Shown here piece after piece: positions 35,801 through 47,227 of a DNA stretch of 64,000 bases (position 1 is the stretch's first letter; every line of letters starts with the position of its first letter). A model generated the notes under the pieces. That model was not told the origin of the DNA. It made no database searches and worked only from the letters and a program-made list of their open reading frames with translations. The position numbers were made by a program, and so were the translations under genes. This stretch comes from Monocercomonoides exilis PA203 (Eukaryota > Protista > Preaxostyla): positions 1,116,001-1,180,000 of the forward strand of contig LSRY02000013.1 in NCBI GenBank assembly GCA_001643675.2, in the 5' to 3' direction.

Positions 35801-38076
35801 ACATAGTTTCCTGAAGAAACACTCGTGGTGATCACAACATCCTCCAACGAGAGTGACCCACTTCCATCAGACACCACAACCACACTCGGTGAACTTTCTG
35901 CTGTTGAGTTGCAGTCAACCTTCATGTGAAATAAACTAAGATGGCCTGTTGTTACACTGAACAGCACTCCAGTTGATGAAAGACATTTTGTTCCAATCGA
36001 ACTCTTATCTTTGCCTGTTCCAATGACTGAAATCTTCTGTGCTCCAATATCAATTGTTGACGTCTCGTTTTGATGATTCCCTTCCATCAGCGTGATTGAC
36101 AAGCTTATCTGCACCTCACACATCTCAAACGCCTTCTTCACTGTCAGACACGGATTTGATTCATTCATCCCACACAACTCAATATTATCATCTCCACCAA
36201 CAGAAACATAAATCGTCTTATCCTTCAGCCAATCCCTTTTTGATGTTTGGTCATATATCCAGGTACCTGATGGATTATACGCATAGCACATTCTCTTATC
36301 ATCTGTATTTGTCGTGTAGCATTCATAGAACGGGTTAATTGATGATAAATACAAATTATATGCATCTACAAAATAGGCATCATGCCCATATGGAGTGGAG
36401 GTTGTTCTGCATTTGCATTCATGGAAGAACAAATAATAACAATAAATTTTATCATTTGGTGCTGTTGCTCCATTTGGATGAAAATATAATCCTCCTCCAT
36501 ACCTCATTGCTGAACATGAGATAAACTGAATGCTCCTCATTTTTAACTGACTTGGAACAGTCACACAACTCATGCCTCCACCCCAATTGTTCGTTAGTGA
36601 ACATGAAATGAAGCTGCAGTCAAACACACGAGCACTTTCTCCTCCACTATTTTCAGTTGGAACGCATCCTGATCCAATCACTTGAATAGTATCTAATCGA
36701 AAGCCTCCTCCTGCATTATTTGCTTTGCAATTCTGGAATTCACATCCACTGATCCGAACACACGCAGAAATCGAAAAAACACACAGCCCCCCTCCAATCC
36801 ATGTTTCAGAGGAACAGGCACTGAATGAGTTGTTCTCAATCTCAACCAATTTGATATTTGCGCACATGACTCCTCCTCCAGCATAAAATGCCGCACATCC
36901 ATTAAAAGAACAGTGAGCGACCGATATTGTTCCATCCCCTTTGCTGTACATATAAATTGCTCCACCATTCGAAGAGCCATCGGCGTATGAGTCACTTTCT
37001 CCTGTTGTCCTCGATCCGTTCCACTCGCACCAAATAAATGAATTTGCTCCATTCTCTGTTGTATTCTGTCTCCCTGGAGTTAGCTTATGATCTGCATTTC
37101 CTTCACATTTAACATTTCTTGTTCGACAACATCCAATGAATGAAGTGTTTGAAGCTGTCAGAGAGGCATAGGGGTTGTTGAGAGAGGGAACAATTCCTCC
37201 ATCATATGCATCGCAAACAGAAGAAAATGAGCAGCTGCTCATTAAACAAGTGGTTTGGGTTGACATTGTGGTTGAAGACAAACATGCCTCATTTGCTGTT
37301 GAGATGTTGAAAAAAGTGAGTCTGGAGAGTGAAATAAGAGGGATAAATGATGATAAAAGGAATGGGGTAGAAGACACACAAAAAGATGAGAAATGAGAGG
37401 AACAAACTGAAACATGACATTTTTCAAAAAGATCTCCCTTGAATGATTTTGAAGAGAAGAGAGATAAGCTTTTCTGCAAGTGAGAATCCAAAGAGAATCG
37501 GAGAGATATGTTGGTGAACAGCCCATAACTTCCACTCAAACAAAATGGAGGCATTTTTCCTCCAATTTCTATAATACATCCACTCAGTTCAACGAAACAT
37601 CCTTTCACAACATCCAAGACACTTTGGCCATCATTTGGCACCAATCCCAGTGAGTGGAGTTTTATTGAAGAATTGCCAATCATCAAACACCCTTCAATCC
37701 AACTTTCTCCCTCAAATCTTTGTTTTTTCCAGATTTTTCGTTCATCATGCAGGTTTGTTCCTTTCATCATTTCATTGGGACTGATTTCTTGAACTTTTTG
37801 TTTTTCTTTATTTCCTTCTTTTCCTTCTCCATTCATCGCCTTTTTCAATTTCTCAGTTTTCATCGTTCCACCTTCTCTTCCATCACCGCTTGCTTCAAAT
37901 GTGATTTTATTGGAATATATGACTTCTTGAAAAGTGTCCAACCAAGCTCTTTCGAGTTTGTTAAGAATTCCATCTTTCTTCAATTCCTTCGTCAGATATG
38001 CTTCATCGTTTGTTGCTCCATTGCACATGCGTTGCACACATATTATCCAAACAAAGCAGCATATTCCTGACAACAT
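29899..38076 (-). CDS. Giant single-pass membrane protein R2: signal peptide, beta-helix/CGxxxxPC ectodomain, TM segment, C-terminal pseudokinase
   Basis: Open frame of about 2725 aa from ATG 38076 (MLSGICCFVWIICV) with four CG...PC modules. TM is FWLLIVIIMAFVLLLILIIAVISTI. The tail has LSPHIVLF, RWKAPELL, SFSIGMMLWECLTLQIPF and RPTL. Confidence 0.88.
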   Translation of the reverse strand: MLSGICCFVWIICVQRMCNGATNDEAYLTKELKKDGILNKLERAWLDTFQEVIYSNKITFEASGDGREGGTMKTEKLKKAMNGEGKEGNKEKQKVQEISPNEMMKGTNLHDERKIWKKQRFEGESWIEGCLMIGNSSIKLHSLGLVPNDGQSVLDVVKGCFVELSGCIIEIGGKMPPFCLSGSYGLFTNISLRFSLDSHLQKSLSLFSSKSFKGDLFEKCHVSVCSSHFSSFCVSSTPFLLSSFIPLISLSRLTFFNISTANEACLSSTTMSTQTTCLMSSCSFSSVCDAYDGGIVPSLNNPYASLTASNTSFIGCCRTRNVKCEGNADHKLTPGRQNTTENGANSFIWCEWNGSRTTGESDSYADGSSNGGAIYMYSKGDGTISVAHCSFNGCAAFYAGGGVMCANIKLVEIENNSFSACSSETWIGGGLCVFSISACVRISGCEFQNCKANNAGGGFRLDTIQVIGSGCVPTENSGGESARVFDCSFISCSLTNNWGGGMSCVTVPSQLKMRSIQFISCSAMRYGGGLYFHPNGATAPNDKIYCYYLFFHECKCRTTSTPYGHDAYFVDAYNLYLSSINPFYECYTTNTDDKRMCYAYNPSGTWIYDQTSKRDWLKDKTIYVSVGGDDNIELCGMNESNPCLTVKKAFEMCEVQISLSITLMEGNHQNETSTIDIGAQKISVIGTGKDKSSIGTKCLSSTGVLFSVTTGHLSLFHMKVDCNSTAESSPSVVVVSDGSGSLSLEDVVITTSVSSGNYVMSSSVFVVALSQLSMVDVEIINMNVSKSLFSEPVLSSSSSSSSGLFMTTTASGDSVLANVTVQNVRLTRGDGVVVAKSVKAGETFVVQNVTIEGCECVNGSSGGIKIDLSSPTSKARIGASSTTSEATKFNRCNCSGFGGGVMMSLADNSNDFSITTVSFDDCAATLGGKNLFVEAQDLSDAINSASFGFNPEIGINVADLNELCGRERNNPELVVPLVVFLRTFPSPAYVSGRGNGSEFRLCGYEDYPCRGIGNVGEVQFPSSKRMIRLTSTFSFDEEVQLDEQSYEIDSSNKDVGLKIGGTGTKTQEALVMNSVSSTLTGILFELGGSIGERSSFIYSSSGTLRFADCGIKMGNGVDSANYVFVSGSGGKVEIIRMSCGGSVGKVRFGGCMIVVNGSCEWMMDEVISSQIDTDGVNGLIEIATSSSVTIQNCSITNCDLPNCGVIHVEKCSSITLKNTSFENITRGAGDGGCLWMSPNDDRTNTIRVENCTFLICEVNGNGKRGGGLSVSLENPSELRVSSTRFEKCCAPSTSGSEGKGGGIFLSLAYAEAKFNLSRNLIFDQNKAEYGKNMFISTTDLNESVTSDSFNFDYSSMISDKTLFMGSDNFHSNKDLFMFLIPFSSSEIFISSGGFDVARCGSEEEPCFTMWKGMENMNDGEGKKTIQIEGSTFIRDSFNASNYLIKKGVKMGEEDTKATLNFEKAVGSQLEYFMENDGHLELTNIRLQLASGFDNSAKTIISNKNGELAITGCSFHSEAGMNNGFDCVFVDVIGGSVEVNDLSMESCNVGNNIFVIHDAGVSCHFVNVRVDSLNESKGCIFSIKKSDPGLKINEGSKGGINLQIDKSSFSGVKRSYNGPSILQSMSEKKICLVVNASNITEGKAETSEKGGAIFFTLGASGSMKMIDSTTSQSSCTNGKGGGVYLATKERGELNFSFVGMKFSSNTARVGNDIFIECFNITSQINESQFQFDLRENHYSRINAIYGFDSCEHKEDTNLIDFVTIHQSDTIVVSSVNGSNDRQCGTNTHPCASIEHGLIHLTSELISQILVVEESVIGREINLKEMSLSSKSRENCKIEVKSSIEKTKDALVTTTGTVSLVRVKFVFDSNFISSHESLISPEGGILEMMNCSFDSKQSDEDGNIEFAIIPFQLLSMEKGEFQLDGCAISNLVLHELALYLSSPLSSVIYLFEISNSTIKTSLIDINECGQLTIKDFKTENITVEGNEESLISCLSPKKTIQLTNCTMCGVSSKITKGKLIKVENCTDVKMDNCIFDGMTKERNEKNLNIEEEICRWEGSLVDIVKSSVFMKDIIFSNSAEGGITMSGGNFIIEAGNFSSNNPFVQKYPSLRRNIICSDSASLTISSLKGGDGVMPNSSLWILNDGCTLGGIAGERPSPFFIPKLEEASLIENGNNVSIKLKGALLLPCDLSFRLVYKTGDVELVETYQFEDDDFVSETEVLGTISSENISKIGEETEVSVMILFGKQLAATSPQILKNRSESKVNGDERIVEGVKERKSFWLLIVIIMAFVLLLILIIAVISTIRWRNAKNENKELREIVNDTVRKDPKLIEMTTMEMSPEEQWRRAEREAEKKNEERIKKRVYEKSLQHSESSEHLLSESGSTEYILGRDSEKIPEWMLEKVDEKEEEEIRKKTPSPSISSTSSTDTSDTESTFVRREDLCPTTSSMSNLVDAMACSSPHEKLIVDLRDSLFMLLHGRNKTKEMAIGTLQEREQTAAQILFWVANLALHSFDEMESPLQSLANLSPHIVLFSEHMVICIVMHSDLLSDDSDSSSISSSTIVTSFSDDDDDDDSLPSSAFEDEGIFKKECLRWKAPELLINKNMEASKESVSFSIGMMLWECLTLQIPFGDYEAEVAGQKIVNGERTDMAAVGGSSFCELIKLMVSEKQSARPTLSDLKREFIQKFPAGAVILTVSDAVTHQEGSREKSKEEQSESLDSSEIMFINS

Positions 38077-38899
38077 TGTCACCAGAACACACGAGAAATA
38101 TCCTTTTCAAATTTTCCAGAATTAATTTATTAATAATGGGGAGAATGATTTGAAAAAAGTAATTTTTTTTATTTCAATTAACAATGAGCATTTGCATATT
38201 AATGAGTTTTGAACAGTTTCAAAAAACATCAAAATTAGATCAAAAGCATAATGCCAAACTATTAATCCAATATATTTGATGCCTTGATATTTAAGTAATC
38301 ACAGGATGTTCAATGCTTGAACTCGGTTCAATTGTTGACGCAATTTTATTTGAAGCTTTTGAAGGAGTTATTGTATTTGAATCATGTGCATCAACTTAGA
38401 GAGAGAAGTTATTCGAAACATTCTTTTATCAAAGGAAATAATAAAGTTTGAATATCGAAAACTTTTGTGCTGCTTCAACGATAATATTTCATTTATGCTT
38501 GCCTGTATCGCATTTGTTTATTTATTCACAAAAATCAGAAGCTGTGGAGATATTTTGAAAGCGATGTAATTTTCTTTTGCCTCAGCCAAAATGAACATTC
38601 ATGAGCAAAGGAACGAACTGCATCGAAGAAGCTTATAGGAGTCTTCATCACTGTTTTTTAATATGAAATATTGAAATCCTTTGTGTGTTTTGGGGAATAT
38701 GAAATCCATTTTCATTCAAAGGAAAGTTTGTTTTTGCAAAACGTGCCTAGAATATAACTTTATCAAGGAGACGGTAAAATTGTCAAAGGGAAGAAACTGC
38801 AACATGTTTGTGATAAATTCTGCCTGAATTGAATGTTTTAAAGAAAAATTGAATTATTTGTTTTTGAGCCTTTTTTTTTTTTGAATTTTCGTATCTGTT

Positions 38900-39085
38900 T
38901 TTGTCTTTGTGTTCTCAAGGAAAATGGCCTTCACCATCTACAGCTTCCTTTTATCAATCATTTTGTGTGTTTTGTTGGACAGTTTTTAGAGAAAACTTTC
39001 CATTATTTCTTCTTCATTCAATTATTCACTTGATTTTCTAATTTCATCGATTTTCTTCCTTTGTTCAATTTTTGCTTGCAATTCA
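38900..39085 (-). pseudogene. Small decayed relic of the helical-repeat family N-terminus
   Basis: Nucleotide similarity, judged by eye, to 7525-7690 (e.g. tcaatcattttg...ttg(a/g)acagtt), with stops. Confidence 0.45.
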
Positions 39086-39679
39086 TAATCAGTTCGTAGC
39101 ACTTCAAGAATCATGTGAATTCAAATATTTCTGATTTGTCAAGCTCGAAAACAAAAAACTTGATGACTTCTTAATGGGAGCATCTCTTGACTACCAAATC
39201 TCTTCCATTTATCTCAACTTGTTTTCATTGTCTGTGAAACAAAAAAATTGTTTGCTTGTCTGAAAAGTTTGTCAAATTGAAAATTACACAAAAACGTTAA
39301 AAATTGTTGACAATTTCAATTAGGAAAACAGTAACATAATAATTGCTTATTTTCTAAAGCTTTACAATAATCAGAGTTCAAAAAACCATTATGAATACTA
39401 AAGATTAACTGAATAACATCTGAAATGATAATCTTTTGTGTGACTTGAACGAACCATCAATTAAGCAAATTGAGTTAATTTTAGACAAGTTCTCTTGAAT
39501 CTTTCACAAATTTGTATTTTTATTCAATGTTGAAATAGAGTCAGATTGAAGGAAAAAGAAAGACAAGAAAACAAAACTTATAAAATTAAAATATGTCTCA
39601 TCTTTCGAAAAGATGATTCAAGAAAAAAAATGAAAGAAGTGAAAAAAGATGAATTTTTTTATTATTCATTTTTCCCCAT

Positions 39680-40305
39680 CAAATATGATTTTCCTGATAT
39701 TGTCTTCTTATTTGCTCAAAACATGCAAATTCTTCTCTGAAGCAGATGCCTGTCTCCTTCTCCACTTCGACTGTCCAAACACAAAGAGAAGACAGAAGAT
39801 GAGTTTTCAGAGGATGAACAGTCTTCATCATCATTTTCATCAGCAACTGCGATTGATTCTTTTGAAGCATCTGCACCAATCACATCCCAAACTTCTGTTG
39901 TTGCATTGCACAACATCGAGAGCTGTCTGTTGGTTGAAGTGCTTGAAACAAGTTGCTTCCATGCTCTGCACTGATTTCCATATCTGCTGCTGCTGCTTCT
40001 GTCTCTTCGCGCACTGCTGAAGCTGAAGGGTTGTGTTGTTGTCACTCGATGTGCTGTTCTGTGAACAATGTGGTGCTTTCAGCCATTCTTTCGGTTCCTC
40101 TGGCAGAGCTGCTTCCTTCGCTTGCTTCATCGGCTGGCACAAAATCGATCAGAAAAAAAAAACAAGCAGATCTTGACAGTGGCTGATGTGAGTGTGTTCC
40201 CATCTGCCAATCATCTGTTTGGTCTGTCTCATTCGCCATCACCATCCATTCAACTGAAGTGGCAGCTGCAGCAGTCGAGGCGTGCGTAGTGATGAAGCAA
40301 TTCAA
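39680..40305 (-). pseudogene. Fragmented coding-like remnant, unknown product
   Basis: GC-richer stretch with short ORFs in shifting frames and an in-frame stop at 40042. Confidence 0.35.
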
Positions 40306-40429
40306 AAAGGAGATAAAAATATTTTGTTTTGCGAAATGTTGGGAATGTTGTGGAGGATGAGCTGAGCGAGATGGGGAGAAGGATCAACGAAGAGGTTCCA
40401 TCACAGAAGCGATTAAACTTGTTGTGTTG

Positions 40430-40532
40430 GATAAAAGAAGAAGAAGAAAAGGAAAAAGAAGAAGATGATGAAGACTATATATTTGAGGAAAAAAAATACG
40501 AAAATGAAGGAAAAGGATGAGGATGAGAGAGA

Positions 40533-40575
<43 letters not shown>

Positions 40576-40835
40576 AGAAGAAGAAGAAAATGATGAAGAA
40601 AAAGGTGTAGAAGAAGAAGAAGAGGAAGAAGAGGGAGAAGGAGAAGGAAAAGGAGAAGGAGAAAAAAGAGAAGGAGAAGAAGAAGAGGAAGAGGAAGAAG
40701 AAGAAGGAGATGAAAAAGGTGTAGAAGAACGAATGAACTGTAATTGACATTTTTGATGAAAAAGATTCTTTTCGGCTATCTATAAATTTCCTCCTCTCTT
40801 CTTCTTCTTCTTCTTCTTCTTCTTCTTCTTCTTCT
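40430..40835. repeat. Low-complexity (GAA/GAG)n tract followed by (TTC)n
   Basis: Seen directly; contains an internal duplication of AAAAAGGTGTAGAAGAA. Confidence 0.9.
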
Positions 40836-40906
40836 GTTTCCTTTCTTTTTCTGGCTGAACAAATCCAATTTCAGAAAAGTTTGAAATTGAAAAAGCGCTT
40901 TTTGTT

Positions 40907-42318
40907 TCAAACGAATACAAAATAATCAGAAATATTCACTGATAAAACATCATTATTATATTTTTCACAAAGAAAATCAAATCTTTCATAAAAGCTTGTG
41001 ATAATTTCTTCGTATCCTTCTTCTTCCATCTTTTCAAATATCTTCCTTTTTGTTTCCTTTCTTTTTGCTTCTTCCCTTTCATCCTCCTCCTCTTCTTTCA
41101 GTCTTCTTGAAATATTCAAAAAGAAGAGAAAGCTTTCAAATGCCACACCTTCGTTCAACGTTGATTGATTCATTTCCTCCAAAACAGCATCAATAGCCCC
41201 TCCTTTGAGCAATTCTTCAACATACACATTTTTGCCTTCTGCTGCATTTCTCAAGAAAATAATGCACTTGTGACTAATTTCTCTGTGATTATTCTTCGCT
41301 GCTCCAAATATCTGAACAATACTGCTGATAATTCCAGCAAGTTCTTCGTTCCGCAATGTGTTTGAGTACAAGAACATATTAATTGCATCGAACCATCTCC
41401 CGATTATCAGCACTTCTTTCACTTTTTCTATTTTCTCTTCTTTTTTCTTCCAATCCAGACATCTTGTAAGCTCTTCCAGTTCTCTTGCTGCCTCTCTCAC
41501 AAAATGAAGCTCATTCACAATCACTTCTTCCAAACTTTCATCTCTGTGCAATCGGTTTATCAGAAACCTCCAATCATACTGATAGGCAAGATGAGTGAGA
41601 TTGCGATGTTCTTGATGATATTTGATGATTTCTATAATCTTATTCAAATACAGCTCTTTTTTGACAAACTGATTAGAAATAAGAAAACGTATCAATAATA
41701 TCAAAAGGGAAATTGAAAAGCTCATACAATTAATCCTGTATTATTCAGAGCCAGCAATGCCATTTCCACTTCTTTTTGTGTTTTTTCATCTTCCTCTTTC
41801 TTTGACGCAGCTTTAATAAGGCAAGACACACATACAAACATCAACTCCCAATTGAACCGGTTGCCAACCAAAAGGTAGCATTCGCACAGATCAGCAAGAA
41901 GCTTTTCGTTCTTTTCTTCTTTTTTCTCGTTTTCATCAATTATCGTCTTCTCAATTCTCTTGCTCAATGACGAATCATCTAAATAATAAAATGAAATCTT
42001 TTTCAACATTTTACAATATCCAACATGCTTCAACAGTATTATGACATTTTCCACAGATATTTTCTTTTCTTCAATCATTTTGTCCATTTTGTCGTACAAA
42101 TCTTTTGTGAAAGTTAAATAAAAATCCATCACATCCATAGAGTCCAATAGCGTGTTCATTTCTTCTATTTTCTGCTTTTGATCTTCCTCTCTGCAATGCT
42201 CCAGTTCAAAAAGCAATTCTGTGATGAGAAAAATAAAGAAAAATTTACGTCATCAAAAATTCAAATGCAGCTGCAATTGAAGACCTGTGAACTTTTTTGT
42301 GTTGTTCTTCTCCTGCAT
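40907..42318 (-). CDS. Helical-repeat (ARM-like) family protein, copy B; exons 42318-42285, 42218-41728, 41668-40907 (428 aa)
   Basis: GT-AG introns 42284-42219 (66 nt) and 41727-41669 (59 nt) sit at the same positions and phases as in copy A, and the spliced frame is open. Motifs KEVEMALLAL, LTHLAYQ and KMEEEGYE are shared. Confidence 0.82.
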
Positions 42319-43603
42319 TTTTAAAAATCCATTACATTCAAAAAACAATACCATTTTTCCATTCACGTTGAAAGTTCACACGTTTGGATTGAAGAAATTG
42401 GAGAACAGTTCAAACTCAACAAGAATCATAAAAAGTATCCGCTTTCACACCATCGGTTTTTGCATTTCCATTGGCAAATATTTACAGAAAACGTGATGTT
42501 TTGTCTTTTTTCTTTATGAGTTATGGATGAAATGATCAAATTATTATCTTTGAACTGGAATATCAACATTCAAAATGAGTGAACAGTTAATTAATTTGTC
42601 ATTCAAAATGAGATATGTTCTATCTGATGTTTGCACGAATCACTGAAAAAACAATTTTGGAAATCAACAAGATGTTTTTGGAGATTGGATAATCAATAGA
42701 AAAACAACAATTACATGATTTGATGAAAAAAATCTGCATGTGTGTATTTTTCACTGTCCCATTGACTTTTGCGATATTTCTATCTGTAACCTGTTTGAAC
42801 CCCAGGACTCAAATTTTTTTCTAAAAATCATCAATCTTTTCCTTTCAGAAAAATGAAATGAGAATGGGGATGCAATGAATTTCAATTTTGGAAAACAGAT
42901 TTTCATGAACATGGGCTGTGAAACAACTCAATTTTCTTTTGAGTATGAGATAAAAACAAATTCAACTGATGTTTAATTTACTGAAGATGAAAAGAGGACA
43001 GAATTCTGAGAAAAAGAAAGTTTGAACAAAAAAGACTGAATTGTGAGACACAAAGGAGAAGAACAGTTTGGAACGCTTTTGGACAAGTAAAGTGACGTGA
43101 AATGTGGAAAGCAGAATATTCACAGTGAAATAAGACAAAGAAATGAATGCAAAGCAATGTGATTGGACTTTGGTTCAAGTGTTGTTACTCCAGCCATCTT
43201 CTGCTTTGGCAGTCAATAAGATGTGCCTGTGGTTTTTGAAATATGTTTTCAGCGAAGCACAGTCGTTTTTTCATCATGCTGTTGGGACAGGGGAAATGAA
43301 GGCCAACAGATTCTGCTCCAGCTCATGCCTTTGAAAGGGCAATAAGACTTGAGAGGACTGCCTCAATCACCATCCATCTGGTGCCTTTATTGGATTTGAT
43401 AAACGAGCAGAGAGAACCCTTGGAACTTCAGCAGCAGACACAAAGTTGCAGACAGAACTCGAAGAAGTCAGAGGTTGAGCAGAAATTGAATGCGCAGAAT
43501 CAGAGGAGGGAGCGTGCACATGCAAAGCAGCAGTTCCAGATAAGGGTGGATGGAGGCTGTTTCCAGACTCTATCTTGATGCTTTGAAGCAGAAAATATAA
43601 CAT

Positions 43604-46600
43604 TCACAGGAACTCCAACTTCACTGCCAACGAATCAGACTCGTCTTCAAACACACAATACAAAACACCAAACACCCCAATCATCCCTTTCCTGTGGTAC
43701 ACTTGTCGGATTGCATTCGTCGCATCCCACAGAGCTATAGAAAGCACACTTTCCTGCAGCACAACCTCCCCTATCGCAACAAACTCGTCCATCGTCTCTC
43801 TCTGTCTGTCTTTATTAAAATGAAACAACGCCAAATCCTTTGCCAAACACACACTCCCACCCCCTTCTCTTCTCTTCTCTTCTCTTCTCTCTTCTCCTCC
43901 CAAACATCCTTCCCCAACAAACGTGATGAATCATCGTCTGGTCCGACTGTATCATCCCTTCCACAACTGGCTTCCCCACCATTCACTCCTGCTATGCACA
44001 CAGCTCCACAGCCTCATCCAACACCTTCTTCATCACCAGATAGTCACTTCAGCTCTCATACTTTCTCTTATCGATCAGCCTCTAAAACCTCAAATGCAGT
44101 CATCCCTCATTCAGAATCTGCTCTTCCTATTTTTCTCCAAATCAATAGAGCTGCCCTCTTCCCCTTGTTCCTCATTTATCGCCAAGCCTTTCTTCGACAT
44201 TTCCACCTGTTCCTAACACTTCCTTCACTTTTATCTGAAGTAACACAAGACACATCTGCTGCTTCTTTTTCTGTTCTTGAAATCTCCTGTTGAATGGAAT
44301 AGTCTGATGAAGAACAGCACAATTTAGTCTCTATTGAATGCTGTTTGTCTGAATCCGCCTCAGCCCCCGCCTTCACAAACCTCAGCCGACTCAGCCCAAG
44401 CGCCTCCACAACCAGCAGTGCCATTGCTTCTTCCAGCTTCCCCAAGTTCTCTTTCATTCTCTCCACAAATTCTCTGTGCGCTGTCAGATAGCCGCCATTC
44501 GTCTCATTCCCTTCACCTTCCTCTTTGTCTCCCCTTTCTCAAAAATCTCCACCACTTCATGCACTGCAACCCCTCGCTCCATCACTTCATCATTCAGAAT
44601 CATCACCACACGCCTCGACTGTTGTGATCGAAATAAATGCATTGAAGAGTTAAATAGATCATAGACCGACGGGAACGCATTCACATCTGCAGCCGCAAAG
44701 ATCCACTTGCCCTTCAACTTCGTGCTCACAGACTCTGCAAGAGTGTGAACTGTCACCACTCTCAAAACTGAAAGCATCGCAGAAAGCGCCACGGGGTACA
44801 CACACAACACCCCCATTCAACAACACCCTCCACGCTTCAGTATAACCTTGCGGAGCTTGTAGAATCCTCAGCAACGATTTCTTTTTCACTGCATTCACTT
44901 CATCTGATTTTTCCACAACAATCCGCAGCCTCCTCTCGATGTTGTTAATCTCCGCTTCCGACGTATTTGACTCCGCTGCGTCAGAGGCATCCGAAGGGTC
45001 AATTTCTGGCTCTGATGACAATGATGAAATCTGTTCATCCACTGTCGCCTTCTTCTCTTCGCTTCTCCGCCTCAGCAATGGAGAAGCTGACGAAGAATAC
45101 CTAAGGCGCTTAGCGAAGAGAAGAATTCTGTGCCATTTCTGCCACAAGAAGCTTTCTCGTGAATCCAACAATTTTTGCTTGAAGCTCCTCAAGTTACACA
45201 ATCACAATTTCCTCATTTCCTTGCAAAGGTCAATCAGTCACAAACGCTCTCATTTTTTAAGTGGTGGGAAAAGAAAGAATTGGGTTTCTTAAGGTGAGGA
45301 GTTGAAATGAGAAGATGAAGAAGAAGAAATGCTGACGATGAAAGAATTGTCGTTCTGAACCAAAATCAGAAGAATTAAATGAGGGGCATGTGAAAAGATC
45401 AATTCAGAAACAGAGAATGCTGCAGTTGCTATTATCTGTTCAATCTGTTGGATTAAGGTAAAAATCTCACAGAAGCCATGAGGCATCAGAAAGATTCCAC
45501 AAAATGTGTCCCACTTCGATCTCAAAATCTGAATTCTGTCAAGCTCTTGATCATGATGAACAACATCTTCTCTTGTTTGGGGCGTGTTTTCTTGCCTGTC
45601 TTCATTTCCCTTTCGAAAAATACTGTATTTTCAATTTCTGTACAAAATATCCTTCCTTAAGCAAGTTTCTTCGTTTCCATTTCATTTTTCTCTTTATCTC
45701 TGATGCTGATGCAATTGATGAAGAATTCACAACAGATGAAGTGGGTGACGATAAAGAAGGAGAAGCTGAGTGACATGATGTCGATTCATTTGAAGCAGAA
45801 GAAGATGATGATGAAAGAATAGAATGGGGCGATTGAAACTTGAGAAGATGAGATCCAATAAATATCAACGGAAAAATTCGATGAAATTCTCTTCTTCAGG
45901 CGTCTGTCTTTTTCTGGCAAACAATATTCCTCGAATTCGTAACAATCTCAACATGACCGTTTCTCTCTTTTGAACAAATAATTGGAAAGATTGAGCAGTC
46001 CCTTTTCCATTCTGTCTCTTCCATTTTCGCTTCCCCTTTTTCACAAAAAATCATCTTTCCTCAAAAACTTATTCTTCGCCAAATGTAAATGCCAGGCATT
46101 CTCGAAATATCTCGCATTTCATATGTCCGTCTGTATTTTTCCTTCCTTGCTTTTCTTTTTCTTTTTCAAAGCCATATAATCCTTCGCTCTTTCAGCATTC
46201 TTAAAACAAAATAATAATCACTTCTAAAAAAATAATAGCAAACCTTCAGAAACTTGTGAAAGCTGTAATCCATGATTTAATTCCATTGACAAAGATTTTC
46301 TTTTGAAATATCGTTATTCCTTCTCTTTTCAAGTGTTTCCTCATCTGATTCGCAAATCATCCTTTCTATCAGTCGTTTCTCCATCAAGTACATCTATTTT
46401 ATGCTCTTCTGAATAATGTGAAATTTATGTATTTTGCTCAATTCTACCCTCATCATTGAAAAACCTTTTTTTCTTCGAAAAATATCATCTCCAATTTCCT
46501 TCCAAATCCCATCACTCTGGGCACTTTCCATATGAATTCGCTGTCTGAACTTGATAACCACTCTGCATAACGAGAAATCCCGCTTTCAATAATTTTCGTG

Positions 46601-46625
46601 ATTTCTGCTTCTGCTCTGCTTCCAA
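43604..46625 (-). pseudogene. Fragmented large hypothetical gene
   Basis: A chain of co-oriented coding-like ORFs (44659-45201, 44484-44816, 44176-44466, 43604-43903, and a segment near 46450-46620) broken by stops and frameshifts. No recognisable family. Confidence 0.45.
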
Positions 46626-47227
46626 ATATATCAAAGTGAAAATATATTGATTAATCAAAAACCAAATTCAAAATAAAACATTTTCTTCATCATTCCACTA
46701 TCGTCTCCTATTTCATTAACACTCAGAAATATTTTTCAAAACATAAGTGCGCACGTGATGTATTCCTTGAATCCCGTCAGATAAAACACAAATAGCTGTA
46801 CTGATTATGTAATGGAAATAAAACCACAAAAGCCGATAAAATGAAAAATATTCATTCAGAATAAAAAGTAATTCAATTTCAATATTGGTTGACCAGTCAA
46901 AATAATGCATTCAAATACATAATAAAACCCAAATAGTTTTCTGGACTGCTTTCAGGGTTCTATGGTGAATCATGATAAGTGTGAAAATGAACCTTTCCGC
47001 ATTAAAAATGAAAACTTGCAAATGCATTTCAATTCGATTTGAAATACATCGTCTCATTTTCATTCATCAAATATAGATTCTTCAATTACATGATGGATTT
47101 CAAAAACAATTTTCTAAAGAATCACTTCAATTTTATTATTGAACGATCATTCTGATCGTTTATATAATATTTATTGTTTTCATTGAATTTCTATTGCCGT
47201 TTATATTTTCCATTCTTACAGGGTGAA